A stretch of 63,689 bases of DNA, filler included, from Octopus bimaculoides (Eukaryota), in assembly GCF_001194135.2 (NCBI RefSeq). It is 6 parts of 6 records of this genome, joined end to end, with 100 filler letters (N's around TTAATTAATTAA, not from the genome) between each part and the next. Parts side by side here need not be neighbours in the genome. Positions count along the whole stretch, not along the records: positions 21,669 to 26,877 come from NC_068996.1; positions 26,978 to 54,102 come from NC_068997.1; 4 more parts are not named here. One strand, 5' to 3'. This document shows positions 23,769 through 38,057 of the stretch, piece after piece (the stretch's first letter is position 1; each line of letters starts with the position of its first letter). The position numbers were made by a program, and so were the translations under genes. Under the pieces are notes generated by a model. That model did no database searches and had not been told where the DNA came from. It saw nothing but the letters and a program-made list of their open reading frames with translations.

Positions 23769-24638
23769 NNNNNNNNNNNNNNNNNNNNNNNNNNNNNNNN
23801 NNNNNNNNNNNNNNNNNNNNNNNNNNNNNNNNNNNNNNNNNNNNNNNNNNNNNNNNNNNNNNNNNNNNNNNNNNNNNNNNNNNNNNNNNNNNNNNNNNNN
23901 NNNNNNNNNNNNNNNNNNNNNNNNNNNNNNNNNNNNNNNNNNNNNNNNNNNNNNNNNNNNNNNNNNNNNNNNNNNNNNNNNNNNNNNNNNNNNNNNNNNN
24001 NNNNNNNNNNNNNNNNNNNNNNNNNNNNNNNNNNNNNNNNNNNNNNNNNNNNNNNNNNNNNNNNNNNNNNNNNNNNNNNNNNNNNNNNNNNNNNNNNNNN
24101 NNNNNNNNNNNNNNNNNNNNNNNNNNNNNNNNNNNNNNNNNNNNNNNNNNNNNNNNNNNNNNNNNNNNNNNNNNNNNNNNNNNNNNNNNNNNNNNNNNNN
24201 NNNNNNNNNNNNNNNNNNNNNNNNNNNNNNNNNNNNNNNNNNNNNNNNNNNNNNNNNNNNNNNNNNNNNNNNNNNNNNNNNNNNNNNNNNNNNNNNNNNN
24301 NNNNNNNNNNNNNNNNNNNNNNNNNNNNNNNNNNNNNNNNNNNNNNNNNNNNNNNNNNNNNNNNNNNNNNNNNNNNNNNNNNNNNNNNNNNNNNNNNNNN
24401 NNNNNNNNNNNNNNNNNNNNNNNNNNNNNNNNNNNNNNNNNNNNNNNNNNNNNNNNNNNNNNNNNNNNNNNNNNNNNNNNNNNNNNNNNNNNNNNNNNNN
24501 NNNNNNNNNNNNNNNNNNNNNNNNNNNNNNNNNNNNNNNNNNNNNNNNNNNNNNNNNNNNNNNNNNNNNNNNNNNNNNNNNNNNNNNNNNNNNNNNNNNN
24601 NNNNNNNNNNNNNNNNNNNNNNNNNNNNNNNNNNNNNN

Positions 24639-24688
<50 letters not shown>

Positions 24689-25036
24689 AATCCAAAAGAA
24701 ACGATGAACAAACATAAGAAAACAACAACTCAAAGACATGGTACATGCAAAGTATTAGCACAAGGAAGGAAAAAAAAGGTGGTTTTACGTTTCATGCATG
24801 GCTCTTCTTCAGAAACAGGAGATGGAAGAAAGTCCAAGAGAAAAGGAAGATGGAGGAAAAAATCACCAACGATCCACATGTGGTTGTATATATGTGTATA
24901 CATTCATACACACACATATATGCACACACTCACATACATATGCACACATAGATCATCTGTTACTTGTTTCATTAAACTGTTGCCATTCTGGGGCACTGCC
25001 TTGAAGGTTTTTGTCAAGCAGTATATTATTGGTTAT

Positions 25037-25250
25037 AAGGCAACGAACTGGCAGAAACGTTAGCACTTTGGGTGAAATGCTCAGCAGTATTTTGTCTGTC
25101 TTTACGTTCTGTGTTCAAATTCCGCTGAGGTTGACTTTGCCTTTCATCCTTTTGGGGCCGATAAATTAAGTACCAGCTGCGTACTGAGGTGGATCTAATC
25201 AACTGGTCCCCTCCCCACAAAATTTCGGGCCTTGTGCCTATAGTAGAAAA
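25037..25250 (+). mobile_element. SINE family B, full length, with 16-bp TSD
   Basis: AAGGCAACGAACTGGCAGAAACGTTAGCAC...GTTCAAATTCC...GGCCTTGTGCCTATAGTAGAAA. Flanked by GTATATTATTGGTTAT (25021-25036) and GTATATTACTGGTTAT (25251-25266). Confidence 0.92.
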
Positions 25251-26014
25251 GTATATTACTGGTTATGGCATATAATTGATCAGAACATTACCAATGGTTT
25301 CATGCCTGTTCCAGTATATCCTTCATCTTTTAAGATCATTGGATGTGAGTCGGATGGAAAGGTGCAAAGGGGAGGTTGTAATGAAAAATGAAAAACCTAC
25401 ATAGCTGCTATTTCTAGGAGGCTGAGTGAACAGAAAGTGATAATTGCATTGGCTCATGTATGTTGTTTTATTGTTAAAAGCTGGAAATTTTTTTTTTATT
25501 CTTATTTTTATTTTTTTCTAATTGATGTCCCTAGTGATATGAACATGAAACAGGGATAGCGATACAACACACACACACACAAACACACAAATATATGCAC
25601 ATATATGGATGTCTGCAGAAGAAAGGAAACAGGGCTAGCAGACTGAAAAAGTACAACAAAGCATCGATTGTTACAGTGTATACACATTGAATGAGAGCTG
25701 ATGTAGATTCCACAAGGATATTAATTAGGCTTCAGGAAATGTATCAAAACTGGTTGATTAACCTGCTTGCTTTCTCTATTTTGGCTATATCATTGCCACT
25801 GGAACCGTATATGTAGTTCCATGGAAATATTGGTATTGTGAGATCAAAGAGAGGAAATCGTTTTAATCAGCAAATGCATAAATAGCAGCAAATGCAAATG
25901 GGAGTGCGTAGAATATCCTGCGTCAGTTTTGAGAAATCACAAAAAGAACACACAAGATGGACTTCTGGTTGTTCTTATCCCCCTTGTTTGTAACCCTTGT
26001 CCCTTTGCTCATTA

Positions 26015-26092
26015 CCATCATCATCATCATCATCATCATCACCACCACCACCACCAATCATCATCATCATCACCACCACCACCACCACCACC

Positions 26093-26161
<69 letters not shown>

Positions 26162-26311
26162 TGTCATCATCACCACCACCACCACCACCACCACCACCAC
26201 CACCACCACCACCACCAATCATCATCATCATCATCATCATCAATATTATCATTATAATTTAGTACTGTTCTTGTTGATGTTATTGTGCTCCTTTGCTTTC
26301 TTAGTCATCAT

Positions 26312-26347
<36 letters not shown>

Positions 26348-26428
26348 GATGACCACCACCACCACCACCACTGCTACCGCTGCCTCCATCATCACCATCA
26401 CCATCACCATCACCATCATCGTAGTCAG

Positions 26429-26472
<44 letters not shown>

Positions 26473-26877
26473 CCATCACTTCCACCATCATAACCGTCCA
26501 AAACTATTGTTACTGCTACTAATCAGCCCTACTGGCACCACCATCGACATTACCACCACCACCAATACCAGCATCACCACCACCACTGTAGACGCCACCA
26601 CCACCACTACTACCAACAGTAACAACACCTTTACCATCGTCATCCTCGTCATCGATGTTGTCCTCATCATTATCATCATCAACTTCATCACCACCACGGC
26701 CACCATCATCATCATCATCATCCTCACCATCATTATTGTTGTCGTCATCATCTTCATTGTCGTCATCGTCATCCTTGTTGTGGATGTCGTCCTCATTACT
26801 GTCGTCATCAACTTCATCATCATTATCATCAGCACCACCACCACCACCACCACCATCAACACTATCATCATCATCAT
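26015..26877. repeat. Compound degenerate (CAT)/(CAC) trinucleotide array
   Basis: In-phase CAT/CAC/CGT triplets over ~860 bp, running into a gap. Confidence 0.95.
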
Positions 26878-28169
26878 NNNNNNNNNNNNNNNNNNNNNNN
26901 NNNNNNNNNNNNNNNNNNNNNTTAATTAATTAANNNNNNNNNNNNNNNNNNNNNNNNNNNNNNNNNNNNNNNNNNNNCACATACACACCTCTCACATACA
27001 CAAAACCACACACATACACAACACACATACACATATACACACATGCACACATACACATATACACACATGCACACACGCACACACACCTCTCACATACACA
27101 ATACTCACTCACATACATAACACACACGCACGCACAAAAAATATACACACACGCGCGCACACACGCACTCGGAAACACACATACAGACACACATAAACAC
27201 ACATAAACACACACACACACGTACCTAACACTCACAATCCCACACACACACGCACATCCACACACATACACACACGCANNNNNNNNNNNNNNNNNNNNNN
27301 NNNNNNNNNNNNNNNNNNNNNNNNNNNNNNNNNNNNNNNNNNNNNNNNNNNNNNNNNNNNNNNNNNNNNNNNNNNNNNNNNNNNNNNNNNNNNNNNNNNN
27401 NNNNNNNNNNNNNNNNNNNNNNNNNNNNNNNNNNNNNNNNNNNNNNNNNNNNNNNNNNNNNNNNNNNNNNNNNNNNNNNNNNNNNNNNNNNNNNNNNNNN
27501 NNNNNNNNNNNNNNNNNNNNNNNNNNNNNNNNNNNNNNNNNNNNNNNNNNNNNNNNNNNNNNNNNNNNNNNNNNNNNNNNNNNNNNNNNNNNNNNNNNNN
27601 NNNNNNNNNNNNNNNNNNNNNNNNNNNNNNNNNNNNNNNNNNNNNNNNNNNNNNNNNNNNNNNNNNNNNNNNNNNNNNNNNNNNNNNNNNNNNNNNNNNN
27701 NNNNNNNNNNNNNNNNNNNNNNNNNNNNNNNNNNNNNNNNNNNNNNNNNNNNNNNNNNNNNNNNNNNNNNNNNNNNNNNNNNNNNNNNNNNNNNNNNNNN
27801 NNNNNNNNNNNNNNNNNNNNNNNNNNNNNNNNNNNNNNNNNNNNNNNNNNNNNNNNNNNNNNNNNNNNNNNNNNNNNNNNNNNNNNNNNNNNNNNNNNNN
27901 NNNNNNNNNNNNNNNNNNNNNNNNNNNNNNNNNNNNNNNNNNNNNNNNNNNNNNNNNNNNNNNNNNNNNNNNNNNNNNNNNNNNNNNNNNNNNNNNNNNN
28001 NNNNNNNNNNNNNNNNNNNNNNNNNNNNNNNNNNNNNNNNNNNNNNNNNNNNNNNNNNNNNNNNNNNNNNNNNNNNNNNNNNNNNNNNNNNNNNNNNNNN
28101 NNNNACATGCGCACACACACGTTCTGTTATCACACACACACTCGCAGACTCTCGCGCACGCACATATAT

Positions 28170-28430
28170 TCATCTCCCTTTTTCACTCTCCTGTCTTAGA
28201 AAGAACTTTTCCCCCACCACCTCCTCTTCCAGTCTTTTCACAATGTAACCTCGTGGGCATCGGTACCATTTTCCTCTTTCTCCGTTTTTCCATTCTCCGA
28301 ACTTTCCATCTCCGACGAAGGGCTACGCCCGAAACGTCATACACTCTCTCTTTCCTTTCCCGAGCGTCCAATAACACTATCCGTATCACGTCCTCACTTT
28401 GTTGTTTTTTTGTTATTGTTTTTTGAACTT
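28170..28430 (+). mobile_element. HHR-bearing repeat (family F; PLE terminal-repeat-like); HHR core at 28312-28338
   Basis: CCGACGA-A-GGGC-TAC-GCCC-GAAAC-GTC (U4>C, stem I decayed), followed by TTCCCGAGCGTC...GTCCTC..TGTTGT, which is shared with the minus strand of 54203-54345. Confidence 0.65.
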
Positions 28431-28589
28431 ATATATATATAATCTTTCAGTAAAGCTGCTAAAGTCCAATCACATGAGCATATGCAACAGGAGCACTACC
28501 ACCACCACCACTACTACCACCACCACCACCACCACCACTAACACCAGTACCAGTGGAAGGGAGTTAACATTCTAACACCCTGATGTCTA

Positions 28590-28700
28590 GACCAGGGAAG
28601 AATATTTTACTCTCAGTTACATAATGCTCCAGAAACTGGAACAATCTCTCACACCGGGTGTTTGAAGGCTTCTGATAGTCATTTGGGGGTGGGGATGTGG
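28590..28700 (+). mobile_element. CR1-type LINE 3' remnant
   Basis: KNILLSVT*CSRNWNNLSHRVFE resembles the CR1 terminal motif (N-F--RV---WN-LP--VVE). Confidence 0.35.
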
Positions 28701-29596
28701 GACCTACATTTGTAGCGTACTGAAGTATGTGGCGTTTAGTACTGTATATTTCATGTGAAATGTTGAAGAAAGAATTAGTTTTGTTGCTATTGTTTAGCCT
28801 AAAAGAAAACTGATCGAGCGAGAGCTTTGATCAAAAGCATTCGAACCGGATTCACACACTTTATTCTGGCACAGATGTATTCTTTTTGATTAGAGATACA
28901 ACAGAATGAACCCAATGAGATATAAAGAGGTGCTGGGTTTGTAAATAAGATAAGAATAGTGGAGATAGAAACTATACTTAGAGCCATAAAAGGTGTAATA
29001 AAAGAAAAAAATGAATAATAAAAGAAAAATGATATTATGTATATNNNNNNNNNNNNNNNNNNNNNNNNNNNNNNNNNNNNNNNNNNNNNNNNNNNNNNNN
29101 NNNNNNNNNNNNNNNNNNNNNNNNNNNNNNNNNNNNNNNNNNNNNNNNNNNNNNNNNNNNNNNNNNNNNNNNNNNNNNNNNNNNNNNNNNNNNNNNNNNN
29201 NNNNNNNNNNNNNNNNNNNNNNNNNNNNNNNNNNNNNNNNNNNNNNNNNNNNNNNNNNNNNNNNNNNNNNNNNNNNNNNNNNNNNNNNNNNNNNNNNNNN
29301 NNNNNNNNNNNNNNNNNNNNNNNNNNNNNNNNNNNNNNNNNNNNNNNNNNNNNNNNNNNNNNNNNNNNNNNNNNNNNNNNNNNNNNNNNNNNNNNNNNNN
29401 NNNNNNNNNNNNNNNNNNNNNNNNNNNNNNNNNNNNNNNNNNNNNNNNNNNNNNNNNNNNNNNNNNNNNNNNNNNNNNNNNNNNNNNNNNNNNNNNNNNN
29501 NNNNNNNNNNNNNNNNNNNNNNNNNNNNNNNNNNNNNNNNNNNNNNNNNNNNNNNNNNNNNNNNNNNNNNNCCTCCTCCTCCTCCTCCTCCTCCTC

Positions 29597-29633
<37 letters not shown>

Positions 29634-30169
29634 AATTGCATTGACTCTTTGTTTTGTTTTTTTGTACTACATCAGCTCTAGTTCAGTAGACATATTGTGA
29701 ATGATGATCCAGCCGCGAACCTTCTGATTTTTTTCTATTTTCGGAAATTGTAAGTCTATATTTTGATTTAGGATGAGGTTTGATAAAGATGGATCATGTA
29801 TTCTATCACATTGCGAAGCTAGGCAAAGCCGCCCTCATCAGCATATTACGATCATTGATGCTGCTGTTGTTTTTGCTGTTGTTGTCGTTCTCGTTTAAAT
29901 CCTGCCCAATCGAACGTACGTAAATTCTGTGGGTTTTCCAGACATAACCACCACATCCTTGTCTATCATGTACCAATTGGTTCTGTGTGCCTTTTCATTT
30001 GTTTTATGATTGTAACTTTTAATTGGAGGTAATATTTTGGTTACTATTTCGTGCAAGTCGAAACTAACAGCATAAATTGTCACCTATTAATTCGCTAAGA
30101 ACTGGAAGGTATTATCACCGTAAGAAAAAATTCAGCGCGTTTTTATGGCGTCGGTACCAATACACTGTC

Positions 30170-31014
30170 TTCATTGAATTTTCACGTCAATAACCTGAAA
30201 AACTCCCTGTACTCAATTAATACTATTTTTTATACCGTTTAAAAATGAAAGGCAAAGACAACCTCGGTGTCGATTTGTTCGACTAAAGACAGTGCTCCAG
30301 CATGGTCACAGACAAATGACTCAAAGAAGTAAAAGAATAAAAGAAAGAATAAAAGGGTAAGCATATCAAAAGGGGTCTGTGGGAAAACTCGTTTAAATAA
30401 AAGGGTTGGGAACCACTGGTCTACTCCATTATATCCTTTTCAACTCTAGGCAAAAAGCCCGAGACTTTTGGAGAGGGGGCCAGTCGATTAGATCGACTCC
30501 AGTACGCAACTGGTACTTAATTTATTGACCTCGAAAGGATGGAAGGCAAAGTCGACCTCGACAGAATTTGAACTTAGGACGTAATGACTGACAAAATACC
30601 GAACATTTCGCTCGGTGTGCTAACGTTTCTGGCAGCTTGCCACCTTTGGTGAACTCCATTATATCGTCCCAAGTACTTGGCTGGTACATTTTTATAGACT
30701 CCAAAAGAATGAAAAGAAAAGACAACCACGGCAAAATTTGAGCTTAGAACATAAAGCTGGATGAAATCTTGCTAAGCATTTTGTCCGAAGCGCTTTTGAA
30801 TCTCTCAGCTCGCCGCCTTAAGTGTTTTGAAGATAATCCTCTCTACTATAAGCACAAGGCTTGAAATATATGGTGGATGGGTGCTAGTTGATTACAGCGA
30901 CTCCAGTGCTCAACTAGTACTTATTTTATCGACTCCGATAGAATGAATGTAAAAGTTGACCACGAGGAAATTTGAACTTAGAACATTAAGACGGACGAAG
31001 TGCCGCTAAGCATA
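30170..31014 (-). mobile_element. Cluster of SINE family B copies (30436-30652 with 13-bp TSD; ~30670-30820; 30833-31014) plus small A and hAT fragments
   Basis: Repeated GGTACTT..TTTAT.GAC.CC...GAATTTGAACTTAG blocks; TSD ACTCCATTATATC at 30423-30435 and 30653-30665. Confidence 0.85.
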
Positions 31015-31954
31015 TATAGATATATATCTTAGTCAATAAGGTTAATTTTTGAATATTTCCTATTTCATCAGAGCAGACGTAGGAGAAGCGTAAATTCGAG
31101 TATGTGGTTACGTACGTTTATGCTGAAAGTTCAATTCCCGCTTACGTAGACATTGTTATTTTGTATCTTTTTCGCATCGATAGAATAAGTACGAGGGCGA
31201 GGAAGTGTTGAGCATTGAGGTTCGTTAAATCGATAAATTCTCTTCGATCAGATTTGTGTCTTTGGGGCAAATTCAGAAGTAATTATTGCTCATAAAACTA
31301 AAAAATGATTGGTTCGTCATTGAAAATTAATAATACAACGTACTCAGTATAATCGATAATTCGATTCATTTAGTTCTCAGTTCAAGGAACTTTATGAATG
31401 TCAAGTAACAAACACAATTGCCTTCTCACTATATAGAAATGAAAAAAAAAGGAACACAAAGACTTCCACCCACATAGAGAATTATACTAACAAATCGAAC
31501 CAAAAACAAACAACAAATGTAAAAGAAACTAAAAAGTCAAGAGCAAAATGAAAGACATCAAAAAATAAACCGCAAATTGGCAAATAACAACATTCACAAC
31601 AACGGCAGCAAATAACAAATTCAAAATTTGGTCAAAGTTAGGAATCATTGTTATCTAAATCTCCACAGGAAACATCACGTGACATGCTACTACTATTAGG
31701 AATAAACAACATAGTAACTTCATTTGTAGAGTATAGAATTCCATTATAGATTCTGTCAAAAGAATGCATTTTGTTTTTCTACATGAGAAAATATTTTCAC
31801 AACCCAACTTGGTGCTGTGACTAATTTTTTATTCACTGAAACACACAAGCGTACAGAGATTGTTCATTCATGTAAACACAAGCATACACCAAAAGACTCA
31901 CGCGCTAACGCACTCATATACACGTGCACGCATACATATAATAAAACACACACT

Positions 31955-32021
<67 letters not shown>

Positions 32022-32901
32022 ATATATGTATATATATGCATCTATGTGTGTGTGTGCACGTATCTGTATGTATGTGTGTGTATGTGTGTATGTGTGAATG
32101 TCTATGTGTGTATATATATGTATATATATATATGATATGCATATGTCTGTGTGTAAGCATATATATGCATGTGTTTTATAAATATAAACACACAGACATA
32201 CACACATATGTATAAATATATATGCGCAGACTCTTTCGAACATAAATAAATAACCGGATTATTTTAAAGTAATTTTCTAAAAATCCCTAAATTATATTTG
32301 GTTTACTCCTCATACAATGATTATCGATAAAGAAATCGATAGCTGAGGTCAAAAGCTAAATCTGATTTTTTTTTCTTCAAATGTTTATCTCGATGAAAAT
32401 TTAAAAAACAAAAACAGCAAAGAAAATTAAAAGTATATATTAAAAAAAGAAGTAATTAAAAAAAGGATTTTGGAAACAAAAAAAGAAAACTCTACAGAGT
32501 GAATTAACGTTTAGATTTTACGATTTGAAGACTAATTTCACAATGGAAGAAAGATTTACATTGCATTCCCTGTTTGACAGTTCTCAACAAACAAAGAGAG
32601 ATTGAGAGAAAGTGAGAGAAATAGTTGGCTGGGAGGAGTGCAAGTGTGTGTGTGTGTGTGTGTGTGTGNNNNNNNNNNNNNNNNNNNNNNNNNNNNNNNN
32701 NNNNNNNNNNNNNNNNNNNNNNNNNNNNNNNNNNNNNNNNNNNNNNNNNNNNNNNNNNNNNNNNNNNNNNNNNNNNNNNNNNNNNNNNNNNNNNNNNNNN
32801 NNNNNNNNNNNNNNNNNNNNNNNNNNNNNNNNNNNNNNNNNNNNNNNNNNNNNNNNNNNNNNNNNNNNNNNNNNNNNNNNNNNNNNNNNNNNNNNNNNNN
32901 N

Positions 32902-32948
<47 letters not shown>

Positions 32949-32994
32949 CATATATATAATATGGCTAATAACCTCACAACGTGCTTTTAAAAGC

Positions 32995-33185
32995 TTCTAT
33001 GCCGTTATTGACCACCACATTCCATCCTACAACAAGACATTTTCCAAGGCTCAACTATGGTCGACCTTATATTGTAATTCCCTTGGTGTCCGAAACATAG
33101 AACTGACAAGTTCTGCTTCCCTATGAATACGTGGACTTCACTTTCAACACTAATAACCTTCAAAACTTCTCTTGATAACTCTTAA
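32995..33185 (+). mobile_element. CR1-type LINE 3' remnant
   Basis: STLYCNSLGVR...TWTSLSTLITFKTSLDN resembles the W--L...FK--LD terminus of CR1-group RTs. Confidence 0.45.
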
Positions 33186-33729
33186 TTTTCGTAGTGAATA
33201 TCTCATATTTAGATTGGCAAATTGATGGATAATTAACTCACAAAAGATTTATCTACTTAGTCGCTCTATTGCTTGATAATTGAGTTTTACTAAATATTTA
33301 TCTAAAAAGATCTTAATAAGACAGAAACAAGGTACGAGGTATCAACTTATATACGAAATATGTGACTCACTCCTCACTGTTTATCAATGTCTAAGTTTTA
33401 ATCACTTTATATTCTAGTTTTCTTTGACATTATTCTTGCAAATATTCATTATGAACGCTGATGAATTAATTAGCGTTATTTTTTCTTGATCACGACATTA
33501 GCACCTACGTGAACATACAGTTGTATATATATGTGCATATGTGGATGTACGTTTATTATTTTTAATGATATATTGTATGGGACTATTGTTACCTTGTGAC
33601 TCACTCAGAGCTAGTCTACCTCCAGTTGCCTGCAACGCTTTTTTGTCTTACGATAATCCAGAAGAACAATATAATGACGTTAAGTCTTGTTGTATATGAA
33701 GCCATTTATAGTTTTACAAAAGACCAGAC

Positions 33730-34010
33730 TCGATGAGGTAGCAATGTTTGAGAATCGTCGAAAGATCTCTATACTTGGATCGATTCCTAGGCTTGACATC
33801 AATTTGATGATTGTTAATCCTGGTAAGAGAGCGGCATGAAACTGGCAATCAATCTGTCCATCTATAATACTTATCTCACCATATCCTTGTTATACTCCTG
33901 TAAAATATGGACCTCGTATCGACAGGCGTAATCATATATAAGACTTGTCACCGATTGATCTTAAGTTGTATATAAAACATTGGTAGGAAATCTTTGACAT
34001 TAAAGTCCTG
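33730..34010 (+). mobile_element. Highly decayed RTE LINE remnant
   Basis: LDEV..F...ILGS and IYNTYLTISLLYSCKIWTSYR (cf. RTE LLYGCETWT-YR). Confidence 0.45.
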
Positions 34011-34352
34011 ATAAAAGCCATTTTAGAAACTGATCTAAAAAGTAAGTCACCCAGTTTGTTAAACAACTGGTTGCTCTTGACTCGAAATCAACGAAAGAAA
34101 CCATTACACATACACACAAATACACACGCATACAAACACGTTCAAACGCACTCAAACACACACATGTAATTAATTGTAAGTCTTCATAGACAAAGCAGAG
34201 TCAATCTACTCAATTACTAAATTACCTCAAATGTATTTATTCATCAAAATGATAGTTATTCCCTAATCCTTCATTAGAGAATTCAGATGAGAGTATTGTC
34301 AAAAATAATGAAACGGTATTAGTCTTAATAATAATTTATTTTATATCATATC

Positions 34353-34416
<64 letters not shown>

Positions 34417-34460
34417 ACGTTTATGCATGTGTATGTATAAACATTATAGATAAATTCAGA

Positions 34461-34499
<39 letters not shown>

Positions 34500-34786
34500 A
34501 TATANNNNNNNNNNNNNNNNNNNNNNNNNNNNNNNNNNNNNNNNNNNNNNNNNNNNNNNNNNNNNNNNNNNNNNNNNNNNNNNNNNNNNNNNNNNNNNNN
34601 NNNNNNNNNNNNNNNNNNNNNNNNNNNNNNNNNNNNNNNNNNNNNNNNNNNNNNNNNNNNNNNNNNNNNNNNNNNNNNNNNNNNNNNNNNNNNNNNNNNN
34701 NNNNNNNNNNNNNNNNNNNNNNNNNNNNNNNNNNNNNNNNNNNNNNNNNNNNNNNNNNNNNNNNNNNNNNNNNNNNNNNNNNNNNN

Positions 34787-34821
<35 letters not shown>

Positions 34822-34853
34822 TAAAGAGAGAGAGAGAGAGAGAGAGAAGGAGT

Positions 34854-34895
<42 letters not shown>

Positions 34896-35064
34896 GAGAT
34901 AGATAGATATAGATACATTTAGATGTATATATATTCGTGTTTGTGTGGTGGTATATATATCGTAAGTAAACACGTTATTAGATACATACGCAAATAGACA
35001 CATACTCAAACGCACAAACATATACATGCACACACACACAAACCTACATGTATAAATATATATA

Positions 35065-35095
<31 letters not shown>

Positions 35096-35583
35096 ACTCG
35101 ATCAACTTCGTGTGTCGGAGCTATGTTTCAAATCCGGATGTCTCGCCCATCACCAACTTATTTCTTATTTCTTGTTTCTTAAGCTATATTCATTCGATAG
35201 AATATTCCGTATTTTCTTATTTTAAACGAAACGATCTTTATTACCTATGTATCTAATACCCTTTGAGGCTAGCGACTGGCTTCTTCTAATAAACATTTTG
35301 GCGTAAGAAATCGATATAGGAGACCTTACCAAAGAAATAAACACGTCTCTGGCATTGAAACAAGAAACGGTCAGTGTAATTGTTAATCTAATGCCAAAAG
35401 TAGCGATAAGAGACGAGAAGTAACAAATTTTTCTCCTCTATGGTAACGCGTTTCACGTGTCTTCTAGCAGTAAAAACTAATTACAAATGACAATCTTATA
35501 TTCTGTTTGGCCAAAAGAGGTTATATTCATCTCGCCAGGTTTCAGAAATCTATATACACGTTTATACATACTTGGTAAACGAC

Positions 35584-35619
<36 letters not shown>

Positions 35620-35934
35620 GAATTCCTATATGCACAAAAATGAAAAACATTTAATGATAGACATACATACATGTTCACGCACACTGACGAACACAAACAC
35701 ACACTATCTCAGACATATACAGACATACATATGAAGCTATATGTGTGTTCGTCTTTATTTTCATGTGCAGATAGGAGTGCAAAGTTGGGTATGTATTACC
35801 AGGTGTATGTGCGTGTGTATGTGTATACATACATACATATATCTGCGTGTATATATATATATTATATACTTGCATGTATATATAATTACATATGTATACA
35901 CACATATATATATACATACATATATGTAAATGTG

Positions 35935-35973
<39 letters not shown>

Positions 35974-36252
35974 GAACATACATATGTAATACACAAGCAC
36001 AAACATGTATATACATTCATACATTGCTACATTAATCACTCGCATAGAGTCTCACTTTGTAATTCAAATAGATACTCGGCAATCCAATAAGTTTCGCACA
36101 GGAATTATTCTCGAAGTTTAAAGTTTCTTCGAATAAAGGTGTAACTTTACATTGCATCTATGCAAATATATCTCATAGTATATGTGTGTGTGTATCTGTG
36201 TGTGTATGTGTACAGATGGACATACAAATATGTATATACACATATACATGCA

Positions 36253-36284
<32 letters not shown>

Positions 36285-36557
36285 NNNNNNNNNNNNNNNN
36301 NNNNNNNNNNNNNNNNNNNNNNNNNNNNNNNNNNNNNNNNNNNNNNNNNNNNNNNNNNNNNNNNNNNNNNNNNNNNNNNNNNNNNNNNNNNNNNNNNNNN
36401 NNNNNNNNNNNNNNNNNNNNNNNNNNNNNNNNNNNNNNNNNNNNNNNNNNNNNNNNNNNNNNNNNNNNNNNNNNNNNNNNNNNNNNNNNNNNNNNNNNNN
36501 NNNNNNNNNNNNNNNNNNNNNNNNNNNNNNNNNNNNNNNNNNNNNNNNNNNNNNNNN

Positions 36558-36626
<69 letters not shown>

Positions 36627-37299
36627 TATATGAATATATACATATACGTATTTATTCTGACTTTCTTTTTAGCATGGAAACAAACACAAGTTTATTCCGT
36701 CTGCCGTGCATTGTTTTATATATATATATATATATATATTTCTTCTTGTGTTCTTATTAAGTTTGTATTTAAACTATATAATTTACACCTAAATAGCACC
36801 ATTTCCATGTAAATTGTTTGTAGCTTGGTCAGTTTATACTGTCTGAATTTACTGCAAAGATCGAGATTAAATAAGAGAGAATGAAAAGAATCCAAATGTA
36901 AATGAGAAAGCTGTGTACAAGTAGTGTAGAGCATAAAAAGTATGACGGAAGGAGTGGAGGATAGAGTGGTTGTTCGGAACCAGAAAAAAATGTATGCATA
37001 TGTATGCGTACGTTGCTCCATCTATGTGTGCCTGTGCCCATCTGTGTATCTATATATGCACGCACATATATTTGCATTGATCTTACTCACACGCACATGC
37101 ACCCCCCCCCTAACACACATACATGCACGCACACATACACACACGTGTACTTCATCACGAAATATTTGCTTAAGAAAATTTAAAAAGGAAATTTGTGGTA
37201 TTATAGCTAGAATATTTACACATGACTAACGTATCCTCATGCGCATGTACACTGGTATAAACATGCACAGATATAAGTATATATATATGTGTGTATATC

Positions 37300-37331
<32 letters not shown>

Positions 37332-38020
37332 TGTCTGTGTGTGTGTGCGTGTGTGTGTGTGTAATATGTAATCCTACTGCGTAGCACGTTAGGCAAGTAT
37401 CTTTTACTCTAGCCTCGTGTCGATAAAAACTTTCTCAGTGGACTTGGTAANNNNNNNNNNNNNNNNNNNNNNNNNNNNNNNNNNNNNNNNNNNNNNNNNN
37501 NNNNNNNNNNNNNNNNNNNNNNNNNNNNNNNNNNNNNNNNNNNNNNNNNNNNNNNNNNNNNNNNNNNNNNNNNNNNNNNNNNNNNNNNNNNNNNNNNNNN
37601 NNNNNNNNNNNNNNNNNNNNNNNNNNNNNNNNNNNNNNNNNNNNNNNNNNNNNNNNNNNNNNNNNNNNNNNNNNNNNNNNNNNNNNNNNNNNNNNNNNNN
37701 NNNNNNNNNNNNNNNNNNNNNNNNNNNNNNNNNNNNNNNNNNNNNNNNNNNNNNNNNNNNNNNNNNNNNNNNNNNNNNNNNNNNNNNNNNNNNNNNNNNN
37801 NNNNNNNNNNNNNNNNNNNNNNNNNNNNNNNNNNNNNNNNNNNNNNNNNNNNNNNNNNNNNNNNNNNNNNNNNNNNNNNNNNNNNNNNNNNNNNNNNNNN
37901 NNNNNNNNNNNNNNNNNNNNNNNNNNNNNNNNNNNNNNNNNNNNNNNNNNNNNNNNNNNNNNNNNNNNNNNNNNNNNNNNNNNNNNNNNNNNNNNNNNNN
38001 NNNNNNNNNNNNNNNNNNNN

Positions 38021-38057
<37 letters not shown>

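Noticed and set aside
25929-26933. His/Thr/Ile/Ser-rich ORFs suggesting a low-complexity protein
   Set aside because: All frames on both strands are open simply because of the CAT/CAC triplet array; no non-repetitive coding context.
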